Source of the DNA: Dubosiella newyorkensis
GTDB taxonomy: Bacteria; Bacillota_I; Bacilli_A; Erysipelotrichales; Erysipelotrichaceae
Assembly (NCBI RefSeq): GCF_001945605.1
Contig: NZ_MPKA01000066.1
Span: forward strand, 1 to 22,588
Length of the DNA: 22,588 bases
Reading direction: 5' to 3'
Shown piece by piece: positions 21,489 through 22,588 of the stretch; within the stretch, counting starts at the first letter, position 1, and each line of letters starts with the position of its first letter. The translations under genes and the position numbers were made by a program. The notes beneath the pieces were generated by a model. It saw nothing but the letters and a program-made list of their open reading frames with translations. It had not been told where the DNA came from and ran no database searches.

Positions 21489-22341
21489 GACGAACTTCAG
21501 GCTCTAATTGAACATTGAACTTTTCAAGCACGATTCTTTGCACGTCCGCAATCAGCTGATTGAACTCCTTTGAAGAAGCATTCCCCTTATTGATCAAAAA
21601 ACCAGCGTGTTTCGTGGAAACCTCCGCGTCTCCTACATGATAGCCTTGCAGATCACTTTGATGAATGAGAGCGCTAGCATAATGTCCTTCTGGACGTTTG
21701 AATGTGCTTCCTGCGCTATATTCTTCCATCGGCTGTTTTGAATACCGTCTTTCTTTTAGATCAGCAATCTTTTCAGCCACAAAGGAAGATTCCTTTGGTT
21801 CAAATTGATAGATCGCGGAAGTCACGATCCCAAACGTATTCGAGAAGATCGAATGACGATAGGAAAGATCGAGCTCTTTATTCATCTTTGTTTGAAGTTT
21901 CCCTTCTTCATCGATGTATTCGATCGAAACGAGAACATCCTTCATTTCTCCATCGTAAGCGCCCGCATTCATGACGATCGCGCCTCCGATCGTGCCTGGG
22001 ATGCCACTTGCGAACTCATAACCTCCTAGTGAATTTTCGACACAAAACGAAGCGAGCTGAGCGTTTGTCGCTCCGCTTTGGACCCACACCTGATTGTTTT
22101 CTAAGCGCTTGATCGCACTGAATTGCTCTCCAAGATGAAGAATGATCCCTTCATATCCTTCATCTTCAAATAAGACATTCGAACCATTCCCTAAAATATA
22201 GAGAGGAAGATCTTTCTCTTTGGCCATCTCTAAAACCTCCAGGATCTCCGATTCGGTTTCTGGATGGGCCATATATGTAGCTGGACCACCAATATGTAAG
22301 GTCGTCCAGTCTTTTAATTGGACTTGTTTTTCTATTTTCAT
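21463..22341 (-). CDS. murB: UDP-N-acetylenolpyruvoylglucosamine reductase (MurB)
   Basis: The sequence MKIEKQVQLKDWTTLHIGGPA...LPLYILGNGSNVLF...GIPGTIGGAIVMNAGAYG-like shows FAD-binding MurB motifs. I take the start at 22341, 6 nt after AAAGGTGG. Confidence 0.9.
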   Translation of the reverse strand: MKIEKQVQLKDWTTLHIGGPATYMAHPETESEILEVLEMAKEKDLPLYILGNGSNVLFEDEGYEGIILHLGEQFSAIKRLENNQVWVQSGATNAQLASFCVENSLGGYEFASGIPGTIGGAIVMNAGAYDGEMKDVLVSIEYIDEEGKLQTKMNKELDLSYRHSIFSNTFGIVTSAIYQFEPKESSFVAEKIADLKERRYSKQPMEEYSAGSTFKRPEGHYASALIHQSDLQGYHVGDAEVSTKHAGFLINKGNASSKEFNQLIADVQRIVLEKFNVQLEPEVRRVKSKHEK

Positions 22342-22374
22342 CACGTACCACCTTTCAAGCAAAAATATCATACC

Positions 22375-22399
22375 AAAAAAAAGAGCTGAACATCAGCTC
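22375..22399 (-). terminator. rho-independent terminator downstream of the 23S rRNA
   Basis: On the minus strand: GAGCTGA-TGT-TCAGCTC followed by T8 (22382-22375). Confidence 0.78.
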
Positions 22400-22503
22400 C
22401 AATTGATTATTTATGGTTTCGATCGATCCCTCAAAACCGGAAAAATCTTTCAGACACAACTCTTTCGTCTGTTTCAAGTCATGGCGTCCTCTCTTCTCTT
22501 TTC

Positions 22504-22588
22504 TGATCAAGTCCTCGGCCTATTAGTACCGGTCCACTCCGGACATCGCTGCCCTTCCATTCCCGGCCTATCCACCTTGTCGTCTTCA
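22504..22588 (-). rRNA. rrl: 23S rRNA, 3'-terminal ~85 nt (partial, continues beyond the window)
   Basis: The reverse complement reads TGAAGACGACAAGGTGGATAGGCCGGGAATGGAAGGGCAGCGATGTCCGGAGTGGACCGGTACTAATAGGCCGAGGACTTGATCA. This matches the conserved 23S 3' end (E. coli ...TGAAGACGACGACGTTGATAGGCCGGGTGTGTAAGCGCAGCGATGCG...ACCGGTACTAATGAACCGTGAGGCTTAACCTT), recalled from memory. Confidence 0.8.

Noticed and set aside
22400-22503. A GAGAAGAGAGGACGCC stretch right after the 23S end, which superficially resembles the 3' end of 5S rRNA (GAGAGTAGGACGCC).
   Set aside because: No other 5S block precedes it, and it directly abuts the 23S terminus. It is most likely part of the 23S processing stem or trailer.
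1-22588. A search for CRISPR arrays, IS elements or transposases, integrases, prophage genes, toxin-antitoxin pairs, restriction-modification genes and tRNA genes.
   Set aside because: I found no spaced direct-repeat arrays, no terminal inverted repeats flanking a transposase-like ORF, no recognisable defence-system proteins and no cloverleaf-compatible sequence. The only repeats of note are the 31-nt promoter duplication and the terminator or operator palindromes.

Overview
Chromosomal window from a low-GC Gram-positive (Bacillota-like) genome, judged from AGGAGG-type ribosome-binding sites, rho-independent terminators and gene content. I support about 21 protein genes plus the 3' end of a 23S rRNA. 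I found no transposase, integrase, CRISPR array or tRNA. Left to right: a cre-preceded MsmK/MalK-type sugar ABC ATPase (+). Converging on it is a two-gene minus-strand operon of an archaeal-type cupin glucose-6-P isomerase and a long-form class I mannose-6-P isomerase, followed by an MnmM/YtqB-like methyltransferase. The centrepiece is 4.5-13.3 kb: rpoN (sigma-54, minus strand) is divergent from a LevR-type sigma-54 activator. That activator is followed by a mannose-family PTS (EIIA, EIIB, EIIC, EIID) and two SIS-domain deglycase or isomerase genes. I can find three TGGCAC-N5-TTGCT (-24/-12) promoters in the window, and all lie in this block. One sits directly in front of rpoN itself, and two form a tandem 31-nt duplication in front of the PTS operon. 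This looks like a self-contained, possibly auto-amplifying sigma-54 regulon for an Amadori or Heyns-type amino-sugar (gfr/frl-like). The right half (mostly minus strand) holds an overlapping cca-rmuC-macro-domain operon, a PadR-DUF1700-DUF4097 triad and a 72-aa orphan ORF. It also holds an EEP-family phosphoesterase, a DUF368 (polyprenyl-phosphate translocase family) membrane protein, an M20 amidohydrolase and murB. The window ends in a 23S rRNA terminus that is followed by a terminator with no 5S gene. GATC is strikingly over-represented across the window in hand counts.
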